From: an uncultured SAR86 cluster bacterium
GTDB taxonomy: Bacteria; Pseudomonadota; Gammaproteobacteria; Magnimaribacterales; D2472
Length of the DNA stretch: 64,000 nt
Reading direction: 5' to 3'
Assembly: GCA_902602595.1 (NCBI GenBank)
Contig: CACKRJ010000003.1
Span: forward strand, 68,062-132,061
Shown piece after piece: positions 1-7,974 of the stretch. The notes under the pieces were generated by a model. That model was not told the DNA's origin. It did not search any database and saw nothing but the letters and a program-made list of their open reading frames with translations. Positions within the stretch are counted from its first letter, which is position 1. The number at the start of each line of letters is the position of its first letter. Made by a program: the position numbers and the translations under genes.

Positions 1-66
1 GAAATAAAAATAAAGATATAGTCTAACAAATAAAAATAGAGCTCTTGAAGAAAATTATTTAATTAA

Positions 67-213
67 ATTTATAATTTTGAAACTGCAACATTTATTAATG
101 AAGCTGGACATATTTGGACTGGATCTGTCTATGAAGGACTAAGTAATCCAGTTGCAAGTCAAAGAATTTGGAGCTTCTTTTCAAAGTATGACATAAATGG
201 TGTCATACAATAA
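67..213 (+). pseudogene. C-terminal remnant of an alpha/beta-hydrolase (PHB-depolymerase/LpqC-type esterase family)
   Basis: Frame 1 is open only from 67 to the TAA at 211-213. It reads IYNFETATFINEAGHIWTGSVYEGLSNPVASQRIWSFFSKYDINGVIQ*. The G-H-x-W-x-G ... W-x-F-F ending resembles the catalytic-His C-terminus of that esterase family as I recall it. There is no start codon, and all three forward frames in 1-66 contain stops. Confidence 0.3.
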
Positions 214-234
214 AAAGGGGATCTAGCGACCCCC
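212..234 (-). terminator. Rho-independent terminator candidate for the 2177->262 operon
   Basis: GC stem gggg(217-220)/cccc(231-234) with inner pairs t222-a229 and c223-g228. The A-run at 212-216 becomes a U-run on the minus strand, 28 nt downstream of the stop of ORF 262..702. Confidence 0.5.
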
Positions 235-261
235 CTCTCTTCTTTGAGTTAATAAAAAAAA

Positions 262-702
262 TTAATCTTTAAAATCAACTCTATAAATAATTGCATGATC
301 GATCATCTCACGAATCTCTTCATAGCCTTTTGAGATTTCTTCTAACTCAACCTCATTATCTCCATACATTTTCTCTAATTCAGCTTCCACCGCCTTATTT
401 TTTTCTTCCGTCTGCTGCATTGAAGCTAAATCTTTGTATTGCACCGTAATCCAAACATTTGGAGTATCAGCAACGCTCAAAGAGGTCCAAACATTAAAAT
501 CCTCAACATATCCTAGCTTCTTTTGAACATTCATAGCTCGCACCCAAGTTCTATTCAAGTTGGTAAGGTAGGTATCAACATAGTTTGGTTGAACCGCAAC
601 AACAGTTAATTCCATTGGCTCTTGAGAAGGGGTAAAATCTTCATAGATTTCAGCAGCCGCAAACATTGTCATTAATGCAGGTAGAAGTAATAACTTTTTC
701 AT
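262..702 (-). CDS. Secreted hypothetical protein with a single ferredoxin-like (beta-alpha-beta-beta-alpha-beta) module
   Basis: ATG start with AAGGA Shine-Dalgarno. The signal peptide is MKKLLLLPALMTMFAAA. It is the third gene of a tightly spaced trio (18-nt gap to the upstream gene). The alternating hydrophobic strand/helix pattern suggests a dimeric alpha+beta-barrel-like fold. I recognise no family. Confidence 0.6.
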   Translation of the reverse strand: MKKLLLLPALMTMFAAAEIYEDFTPSQEPMELTVVAVQPNYVDTYLTNLNRTWVRAMNVQKKLGYVEDFNVWTSLSVADTPNVWITVQYKDLASMQQTEEKNKAVEAELEKMYGDNEVELEEISKGYEEIREMIDHAIIYRVDFKD

Positions 703-720
703 ATTTTTTCCTTATATTTT

Positions 721-1458
721 TTATCTAATTAAAGTCCCAGAATACATTCTTGAATTTTCACAAGAATATGTTTCTCGAACCGCTTTATTCTCATCAGTAT
801 TGTTTACGTCTGACCAGTAATGGTCTATTGCTTTACCCCACTCTTCCCACTCAGGTGAGCCGTAGGATAGTACAAAATCGTAATCTGCAAGTTGCGCAGG
901 AGCCCCATTGCTAGGTCTAATTAAGCGAGCACTATTTTTAATGCCTGCTTTATGAGAAATTTTCATCTGATTGCTTAGATTGATATAGGCATCTGCAAGA
1001 GTCTTACCCTCTTTCAAATTACAGTAACGATAAGATACTGGATAAGCATTTGATAATTCCTCTGGGCTAAAGTTCGATTCTAAGACCCACTGAACAGCAT
1101 TAAACGCTTGAACACATGTTACTGGTATTGAATCTCTTACTTTTTTAAAGCTTTCACCAAACCAGTTATCTAGAGCTTTACCCATATTTGTTGCTGTATC
1201 AGTATGTCCAACCCAAAACATATCAAAATCAGTAAGTGGAGAGCGGTATCTAGGAACCATGACTGCAGCATCGTAACCAGATTCATCAGTGGCATCCATG
1301 ACCTTGTTCCAAGAAGCAGACCATTTCATAAAGTCATCAAAACTTTTTCCTTCGTTTAAATTACACATCAAGTATTCCGCCCTAATCGGGTCGGGCACTT
1401 CTTGCGACTGAACAAAAAAGCTTGAAACTAATAAAGTTATTAAAAATAAATTTCTCAT
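721..1458 (-). CDS. Secreted hypothetical protein with a tandem duplication of a Cys-containing ferredoxin-like module
   Basis: Signal peptide MRNLFLITLLVSSFFVQS. An internal repeat is visible: YLMCNLNEGKSFDDF...DFDMFWV...MGKALDNWF...VTCVQ versus YRYCNLKEGKTLADA...DYDFVLS...WGKAIDHYW...YSCEN. Confidence 0.6.
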   Translation of the reverse strand: MRNLFLITLLVSSFFVQSQEVPDPIRAEYLMCNLNEGKSFDDFMKWSASWNKVMDATDESGYDAAVMVPRYRSPLTDFDMFWVGHTDTATNMGKALDNWFGESFKKVRDSIPVTCVQAFNAVQWVLESNFSPEELSNAYPVSYRYCNLKEGKTLADAYINLSNQMKISHKAGIKNSARLIRPSNGAPAQLADYDFVLSYGSPEWEEWGKAIDHYWSDVNNTDENKAVRETYSCENSRMYSGTLIR

Positions 1459-1469
1459 AATTTTCGTAC

Positions 1470-2177
1470 CTATGAATTTGGATAGTTATATGTTGCCATT
1501 ACAACCATCATTGTTGTTTTCTTTACTTCGCGCTTAACATTTTTAGAAAATGTGGCAAATGAACTGCTTTGCATAAGATTCTTTTGCTCTTCAATTGCTG
1601 ACTCGATATTTGTAGAGCCTGTGTAGGCATAATGTGAATAGTAGCTATTATTACCATGTGTATGAGCTCTTAGACCATATGAACCAGAGATATTACCATC
1701 TTCAACTTGTGCATCAATTAGTTTTTTCCATGCAGCTGCATACTTATTAGGGTTTTTTACAGACATGTAATATGTTGTATAAACACTGTTATCTGCTTGA
1801 TTATTATTGCCGCCACTCATAAGTTTTCTATTCAATGATTGTTCTACTGGTTCTGAGATATCTTGCACTTCATTTAAGAATGCTCCAAATGTTGGCGTAT
1901 AAAACATTTGAGTTCCTGTTGCCATATCAGCCTCAGAATCATAACTAATAACAACTGCATGAGTTGCATCATCATACCCATTAAATGCAAAGTGCCCTAA
2001 AGTTACAGTTCCAGGAAAGGTCTTCCCAAAATCTGAACTCATTAGACCATCAAATGATTTTGCAAAAGCGGGAACATCAGATACCTTAATTGAATAGGAT
2101 GCAATGTAGCCATCAGCTTGCAAAAATTGAAATGACATCATAAATATTGCCATTGGCAATAAAAAAAGCTTTTTCAT
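1470..2177 (-). CDS. Secreted hypothetical protein with tandem ferredoxin-like modules
   Basis: ATG with GGAGAA Shine-Dalgarno and signal peptide MKKLFLLPMAIFMMSFQFLQA. Two related halves are visible: YSIKVSDVPAFAKSFDGL... versus YYMSVKNPNKYAAAWKKL..., and FGAFLNEV versus FATFSKNV. Confidence 0.6.
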   Translation of the reverse strand: MKKLFLLPMAIFMMSFQFLQADGYIASYSIKVSDVPAFAKSFDGLMSSDFGKTFPGTVTLGHFAFNGYDDATHAVVISYDSEADMATGTQMFYTPTFGAFLNEVQDISEPVEQSLNRKLMSGGNNNQADNSVYTTYYMSVKNPNKYAAAWKKLIDAQVEDGNISGSYGLRAHTHGNNSYYSHYAYTGSTNIESAIEEQKNLMQSSSFATFSKNVKREVKKTTMMVVMATYNYPNS

Positions 2178-2224
2178 ATTTTCTCCGAGTTAAAACTATC
2201 TATAAATATTTAAGAAGATCTTAT

Positions 2225-2239
2225 TGAGAATGATTCTCA
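2225..2239. promoter_or_regulatory. Fur-box-like palindrome TGAGAAT-G-ATTCTCA
   Basis: A perfect 7-1-7 inverted repeat. It differs from the Fur 7-1-7 core TGATAAT-N-ATTATCA only by one symmetric substitution per arm. The 19-mer cttattgagaatgattctc matches GATAATGATAATCATTATC at 13/19 positions. On the minus strand it sits immediately downstream of a TTGACA hexamer (2246-2251) and 48-62 nt upstream of the ATG at 2177. Confidence 0.4.
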
Positions 2240-2271
2240 TTTATTTGTCAAGTAAAATAAATTTATTCGTC

Positions 2272-2303
2272 AAAAAAAAGGCCCTAAAACAGGGCCTTTT
2301 TTT
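2272..2303 (-). terminator. Rho-independent terminator after the TonB-dependent receptor
   Basis: Stem ggccct(2280-2285), loop aaaac, stem agggcc(2291-2296). It is flanked by an A8 run and a T7 run, 12 nt downstream of the TBDR stop. Confidence 0.75.
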
Positions 2304-2314
2304 AACTTTTTAGA

Positions 2315-5215
2315 CTAAAAGTTGTAAGTCCACCTCACTCCATAAGTTGCCTGCTCCCTTGCCCAAATACTTTTATTAAATCCTAACGGTGCTGTAGCCT
2401 CACCAATATGCATTATATTTTCTTCATCAGTGATATTTTGACCATAAATATCTACGCGCCATTTTGGATCATCCACTGAAGGAGTAATAGAAATCATTGC
2501 ATTATACTCAGTCCATGATGGAACTTTATCCCACTCAAGATCGAATAAGGAGGTATAACGCTCATCTTGTTTGTATGCGTCAAGCCTAAAGTTTACATTA
2601 TAATTTTCAGTAATCATGGTGTATTGAATACCCAAATTCATTGAAAGCTCAGGATGAGTTAGTGAATTGCCGCTAATATCTGAGAGCAATCCATCTTTAA
2701 TAGCATCAGCTGGATTACAACCAAGTATTGCACAAGCAGTATTTACCATGACTGAAGAATAAAGATCTCTGGATGCCGTGAGCGATGGCAAATGGCCAGG
2801 CGCCACATTTGGTAAAAAGCTTACAGGTGTTGGTTGTCCAGATACCCTATCGCCATGGAACTCAGCAGGCACAATAAGCGCTTGAGCTGGCCCCCAAAGA
2901 CCACCTTGCCACATATTCCAAATCACAGTTGCTACATCTTTTCTCACCACAAAGACTTCTCCATCAGCAGCATTTTTCATAAGATGCCAATTGCCACAAC
3001 CTGTTGTTAAACAAAGGTCAGCATTTGCTGGATTCATAATCATTTCACCGTTTGCAATTTCTGATTCCTCCCATGCAATACCCATGTTAACTTGCCATTG
3101 AGGAGCATTAACTGGAATCCAAATGAATTCACTTTCAAAGCCCATCATATCCACATCGATTCCCTCGTTAACACGTGTTTTATTCTGAATTTTAGTGACC
3201 TGATAATCTTCAGCATCATACATATAGGCTGCTGCATTCCAGCGCATACCCTGTGCAGGAAAATCAGTTTTAAAACCTACTTCAAATGCAGTTAATTCTG
3301 TGGAGGGAAATACCTGAGGGGTATCTGGATATTTTGCAGGATCTAGTGCTGGGTTAAACCCACCACCTTTGAATCCTTTTGAAATTGATCCATAAACAAG
3401 CGTATTGTCATTCAAAACATAATCAACAACAAATCGGCCTGTATTATTTGCATATTCTGTTTCAGGATCACCTACGGCTCCTGAGGCATACCATGACTGA
3501 CCAAATGCAGGAATTTCATTGCCTGGTAATGGCAAAGCAGTAAATCCATTGCCTTGGCTACCAAATCCAACAACGCTTAAAAATGGTGAACGACCATATT
3601 GTTCTTTGTAGTCTTCGGTTCTTCTTAAGCCCAAGGTGTATTTCAACCTATCATTAGCTTGATAATAGATCTCCCCAAATATAGCTGAACTTCTTGTTGC
3701 AGCAATGCTAGAGGTCCTATATAAGGGAGCATATAACTGCACAGCACCCTGGGGAAACCCTGTTAGAACTGTCGGTGGAAATAATGCTAATGCATCTAAT
3801 CCATTGGCTGCAATATCATATACGCTTAATCCAGAGGCTTCTGAATGAATTGCTCCCAATAAATAGTTCCAGTTTCCATCCAAACTTGATTGCAATCTTA
3901 TCTCAGTGACTTCATTTTCAGTTTCCGGATTATATTGGCGATCATAACCGTCAGGATAATTCATAGTATCAACAATACAGCCACCGTATGATCCCAAAGT
4001 ACCATTATCAAGATTACAGTTTGGGCCATAACCAGTCATAGGAACATTTCCACCAGGGAAAAAAGGATTGTCCTTGAATCTGAGTCGATCATATTCTTCT
4101 GATTCATATACTCCGGTGCGGTCATAAAGTCGATCCTTTCTCGAGTGTGATATGGTCATATCCCAATTATCATTGATTGAATGATTAACAATCAGTTGTG
4201 TGATGTCTTGATCAATAATATATCGTGGATTACCTCTATTGTTTGATTGCCAAAAACCCTTGGGTGCACCAGACATATCTGTCACTGGCGTGTAATCTAA
4301 TATTCCACTTAAAATTGCTAAATTCTCTACATAAGTTGCCATGGGATGGGTTAATTCGTGCACTTGAGGGCCGCCTGGAGTACAACCTACTGCAACGGAT
4401 GGATCGCGCTTACAATACCTATTATTTACATAGTGACGAGTAGAGTCCTCTTCGTAATGATCATGTACAAATAAAATATCTGTGTTGTCACTTAATTGCC
4501 ATGCAAAAGAAAATCTATAAGCAGAGGAATCTCGATTATTAATATGAGAAGTGGGAGCCTTTGAATAAATGTTTTCAATATCACCATCGCGCTCAACAGA
4601 CATAAGCGCAAACCTTGCAGCCATACTGTCACTCAATGGATAGTTTAATGTGTATCTCAATTTCTCTAAGTTATAATCACCGAGGTCAATAGAAACCATT
4701 TGTGTCATTTCATCAAATTTTGGTCTACCCGTAATTAAATTAATAGCTCCTCCAACAGAATTTTTACCATAGAGTGTGCCTTGAGGGCCTCTTAGCACTT
4801 CAATACGCTCCATGTCCAAAAACTCGCCGTCTTGCATGGTTGTGGAGCCAACAGGTAAGTCATTAACATGTATTTCGACTCCAGATTCAGAAGTTTGGGA
4901 TACAGCTAAGTTTGTAATACCACGAATATTAAATGCTCCTCCTGCAGCATCACTACCTTGAAAGTTTAAACTTGGAGTAACAAGTTGCAAATCAGATCCT
5001 GATTGTATTTGTTGGCTTTCAAGCATTTCTGCTGTAAGCGCAGTCACAGCAATAGGAACATCTTGCAGGCTCTCTTCTACTCTTTGAGATGTAACAATCA
5101 CTTCTTCGATTGCACTGACTGCTTTATCTTGAGCAAAAACTGGATTAATCAAAAGGAAAAAACCGCAAGCAATTGCAGTAATTTTTAGACAATAAGACAC
5201 CATCGTAATTTTCAT
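2315..5215 (-). CDS. TonB-dependent receptor (966 aa)
   Basis: Signal peptide ending VFAQD. TonB-box/plug region IEEVIVTSQRVEESLQDVPIAVTAL...IEVLRGPQGTLYGKNSVGGAINLIT. The C-terminal beta-barrel ends ...YGVRWTYNF with a terminal aromatic residue. Confidence 0.9.
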   Translation of the reverse strand: MKITMVSYCLKITAIACGFFLLINPVFAQDKAVSAIEEVIVTSQRVEESLQDVPIAVTALTAEMLESQQIQSGSDLQLVTPSLNFQGSDAAGGAFNIRGITNLAVSQTSESGVEIHVNDLPVGSTTMQDGEFLDMERIEVLRGPQGTLYGKNSVGGAINLITGRPKFDEMTQMVSIDLGDYNLEKLRYTLNYPLSDSMAARFALMSVERDGDIENIYSKAPTSHINNRDSSAYRFSFAWQLSDNTDILFVHDHYEEDSTRHYVNNRYCKRDPSVAVGCTPGGPQVHELTHPMATYVENLAILSGILDYTPVTDMSGAPKGFWQSNNRGNPRYIIDQDITQLIVNHSINDNWDMTISHSRKDRLYDRTGVYESEEYDRLRFKDNPFFPGGNVPMTGYGPNCNLDNGTLGSYGGCIVDTMNYPDGYDRQYNPETENEVTEIRLQSSLDGNWNYLLGAIHSEASGLSVYDIAANGLDALALFPPTVLTGFPQGAVQLYAPLYRTSSIAATRSSAIFGEIYYQANDRLKYTLGLRRTEDYKEQYGRSPFLSVVGFGSQGNGFTALPLPGNEIPAFGQSWYASGAVGDPETEYANNTGRFVVDYVLNDNTLVYGSISKGFKGGGFNPALDPAKYPDTPQVFPSTELTAFEVGFKTDFPAQGMRWNAAAYMYDAEDYQVTKIQNKTRVNEGIDVDMMGFESEFIWIPVNAPQWQVNMGIAWEESEIANGEMIMNPANADLCLTTGCGNWHLMKNAADGEVFVVRKDVATVIWNMWQGGLWGPAQALIVPAEFHGDRVSGQPTPVSFLPNVAPGHLPSLTASRDLYSSVMVNTACAILGCNPADAIKDGLLSDISGNSLTHPELSMNLGIQYTMITENYNVNFRLDAYKQDERYTSLFDLEWDKVPSWTEYNAMISITPSVDDPKWRVDIYGQNITDEENIMHIGEATAPLGFNKSIWAREQATYGVRWTYNF

Positions 5216-5380
5216 AACTTACCTCCCCCATTTAGCAAGTATTAAAAAAATATTTTTAAACTTATTATAAATATTTTTTATATCTACTAGTAAACATAAT
5301 TAATCTCATGAATGCAATAAAATCTAATAAAATCTTAATTTAGTACTACAATAATTTGATAACTCATTATCTAGTTTTAT

Positions 5381-7051
5381 ATGCGATATTTATTGTTCTT
5401 TTTGATAATAGGTTCATGCTCCTATGATCAAAATATAAACGAAGCAGACTTAATTGTAAGTTCAAACAATGTGATTTTAATGACGGGTACCAAGCAAGCC
5501 CAACCTTTATCCATTGCCGTAAAAGATGAAATTATCATCTGGATAGGGTCTCATGAGGATGCAAAGCATATTCAAGGCAAACACATAGATTTTGGTGATC
5601 AGGCAGTGCTCCCAGGCTTTATTGATGCGCATGGTCATGCATCTTATTTAGCATTCGCCACTCAAGTTGCAAACATTTCATCCCCTCCGGTAGGCGGGAT
5701 AAATAATATCAAGGAACTCCAGGCCGAGCTAAAGAAATTCATCAAAGACTCTAATTTGCAACCTGGCGAATGGGTAATGGGTCTTGGTTATGATGATTCT
5801 CTTTTAGAAGAACAACGACATCCTACAAAAGATGATCTTGATGAAGTCAGTACTGAGAATCCTATATATCTCATTCATGTCTCAGCACATCTCGGCGCAG
5901 CAAATTCTTTAGGTTTATCTTTGGCAAACATCAACTCCAAAACACAAGATCCTCCTGGGGGTAAAATTCGAAGATATGATAACTCAGCAGAACCAAATGG
6001 AGTTTTTGAGGAAACTGCAGCATACCCCTTGCAACAATTAGCCATGAGCGCCTACAAAGATCCAATTGGAAGTGTTAAAAAAGCCATGAATATATATGCA
6101 AGAAATGGAATTACCACCGCTCAAGATGGAGCCTCGAGTCCTGAAACTATAGGATTAATGCATGGGGCTGACGCACAAGGAATGATTAACCTAGATATTA
6201 TCAGTTTCCCTGTAGGTCAAAATGGATTAGATAAAAATTTAGATTCAATTAATTTTGGAAACTATGAGGGTCGAGTAAAGATTGGTGGCATAAAGCTTAT
6301 TTTAGATGGCTCGCCTCAGGGTAAAACTGCTTACTTAACTGAGCCCTATTACAAACCCCCTCACAGTGAGGCAGAATCATATAAAGGCTACCCATTAATA
6401 CCTCAATCTGAAGTTTCAAAGTGGGTCAAGCACTACGCTGAGCTCAATATACCCATTATGGCTCATGCTAATGGTGATGCTGCAGCCGATATGCTTGTTA
6501 AAGCAGTAAAAAATGCTGAAATTGCATCTGATCATCGAACCATCATGATCCATGCTCAAACTGTGAGAGAGGATCAACTTGATCAAATGAAAGAACTTAA
6601 AATTATTCCTTCTTATTTTTCAACTCATACATTTTACTGGGGAGATTGGCATAGAGATTCAGTATTTGGAGAGGATCGTGCTAGGCGAATAAGTCCCACA
6701 AAATCTACTCTCAATAGAAAAATGCCTTTCACTGTCCATAATGATGCCCCTGTTGTTCCTCCAGATATGATTAGATTGCTTTGGTCTACAACCAACAGAA
6801 AAACCAGATCTGGAAAAGTTTTAGGAGAGGAACAAAAAATTTCTACCTATGATGCTCTTAAAGCAATAACAATTAATGCAGCTTATCAGCACTTTGAAGA
6901 TGATATTAAAGGAACCATTGAGGTTGGCAAGCAGGCTGATTTAGTTGTTTTATCCATGGATCCTTTAAAGATTGATACAGAAAATCTATTAGAAATTGAT
7001 GTAGTGGCAACTTTTTCTCGAGGGAAAAAAATATTTAATGCAAAAAAATAA
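5381..7051 (+). CDS. Amidohydrolase-3 (YtcJ-like) metal-dependent hydrolase, probable lipoprotein
   Basis: N-terminus MRYLLFFLIIGSCS has a lipobox-like IGSC. The HxH metal motif appears as FIDAHGHASY. Later elements are AHANGD and HAQ, followed by FTVHNDAPV, which is typical of the amidohydrolase superfamily. Confidence 0.8.
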   Translation: MRYLLFFLIIGSCSYDQNINEADLIVSSNNVILMTGTKQAQPLSIAVKDEIIIWIGSHEDAKHIQGKHIDFGDQAVLPGFIDAHGHASYLAFATQVANISSPPVGGINNIKELQAELKKFIKDSNLQPGEWVMGLGYDDSLLEEQRHPTKDDLDEVSTENPIYLIHVSAHLGAANSLGLSLANINSKTQDPPGGKIRRYDNSAEPNGVFEETAAYPLQQLAMSAYKDPIGSVKKAMNIYARNGITTAQDGASSPETIGLMHGADAQGMINLDIISFPVGQNGLDKNLDSINFGNYEGRVKIGGIKLILDGSPQGKTAYLTEPYYKPPHSEAESYKGYPLIPQSEVSKWVKHYAELNIPIMAHANGDAAADMLVKAVKNAEIASDHRTIMIHAQTVREDQLDQMKELKIIPSYFSTHTFYWGDWHRDSVFGEDRARRISPTKSTLNRKMPFTVHNDAPVVPPDMIRLLWSTTNRKTRSGKVLGEEQKISTYDALKAITINAAYQHFEDDIKGTIEVGKQADLVVLSMDPLKIDTENLLEIDVVATFSRGKKIFNAKK

Positions 7052-7070
7052 AGGGGCAAAAAGCCCCTTT
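7044..7070. terminator. Bidirectional terminator between convergent genes
   Basis: Stem ggggc(7053-7057), loop aaaaa, stem gcccc(7063-7067), with an A-run before and TTT after. Confidence 0.6.
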
Positions 7071-7089
7071 ATCTAAATCTAGATATGAA

Positions 7090-7845
7090 CTATCTTGAAA
7101 CTTTAAATCCTAATTGGCTTTGAACTAGGGATTCTTCTGACATATCACCTCTAGCAATAACTTGCCCTTCATCGTTGAATTGAAATCTTGTTACTTGGTT
7201 TTCTTCATATTGAAGATCAGTAATATCGTCTGTAAACTTATGCCAAGTCCAAACATAGACTACGTTCTTGCTTCTGTTTGCAGCAACTTCAATAATCTCA
7301 TATTCATCTGCACCCCAATCCTCGCCATTTGAAGATTCAATATTTTCCATAATCTGAGCTTTGCTGTATCTAGGACTCACTAACCCTCTGTTAAAAGAAA
7401 CCTCTACATCCTTACCATCTCTATTTACAACAGCTTTAACGGGTTGACCTGGAAGACCTGTAAAAGATAACACACCATTTTCTCTATTTTCTCTAGTTGC
7501 AGGAACGCCTGCAACAGATACAAAAGTGTCACCGCTTTGCAGGACGCCAACAGCAGGACTGTTCTCAATCACCCAATCAACGACCATTTGGTCGTTACTA
7601 GGATCAAAATTAAACCCAAAGCCAATAAATCTTCCAGGATAATTATAACCATCATCAGACATATGTTTTTTCACAACGGCCATAAAAGCATCTTTATCTG
7701 AATAGCCAGCATCAATCCATGATTTTGCAGTCTTAATATTATTCATCATTACTTTCTGGCTAACTTTAGATTCCTCATGATGGCCAGCAAAGATTTGAGT
7801 ACTTAAAAATAATGGAACTATTAATAATGTTTTTAAAAGATTCAT
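7090..7845 (-). CDS. Secreted protein with a PDZ-like domain apparently inserted in an NTF2/SnoaL-like fold; mature N-terminus GHHE
   Basis: Signal peptide ...LSTQIFA followed by GHHEESK. The PDZ-like segment is GRFIGFGFNF...ENSPAVGVLQSGDTFVSVAGV...GQPVKAVVNRDGKDVEVSF. The flanking helices (NNIKTAKSWIDAGYSDKDAFMAVVKKHM) and the C-terminal sheet (EIIEVAANRSKNVVYVWTWHKF...RFQFNDEGQVI) look NTF2-like. Confidence 0.55.
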   Translation of the reverse strand: MNLLKTLLIVPLFLSTQIFAGHHEESKVSQKVMMNNIKTAKSWIDAGYSDKDAFMAVVKKHMSDDGYNYPGRFIGFGFNFDPSNDQMVVDWVIENSPAVGVLQSGDTFVSVAGVPATRENRENGVLSFTGLPGQPVKAVVNRDGKDVEVSFNRGLVSPRYSKAQIMENIESSNGEDWGADEYEIIEVAANRSKNVVYVWTWHKFTDDITDLQYEENQVTRFQFNDEGQVIARGDMSEESLVQSQLGFKVSR

Positions 7846-7974
7846 TTTTCTCCAATTTATTTATTAAGTGTTGAATATATCACTTATGAGACTAGTTTAT
7901 TTTAAAAAGCTAAAAAATAATCAACAATAAATGAAATACTTTTCGAGAGTATTTTTATCAATTATGCTGAATCA

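Noticed and set aside
3092-5188. Plus-strand ORFs of 61-72 aa (3092-3295, 4225-4443, 5003-5188) antisense to the TonB-dependent receptor. Similar short antisense or alternate-frame ORFs occur throughout the track, for example 9368-9562, 11220-11411, 12505-12732, 15929-16210, 17785-18015, 24456-24695, 38733-39980, 40374-42554, 44382-45376, 46222-47994, 50597-51866, 53315-53831, 57442-57910, 58334-58642 and 61641-62608.
   Set aside because: Each lies wholly inside a longer ORF with clear family motifs. Each has low-complexity or Cys/Ser/Leu/Ile-skewed composition typical of off-frame translation of A/T-rich coding DNA, and none has a recognisable motif or ribosome-binding site.
5358-5371. GATAACTCATTATC, a Fur-like element 10 nt upstream of the amidohydrolase ATG, in the divergent TBDR promoter region.
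   Set aside because: Only the outer GATAA/TTATC arms are complementary, the spacing is non-canonical, and the 19-mer match is about 10/19. That is too weak to call by itself. It is mentioned only as a secondary candidate in the Fur finding.
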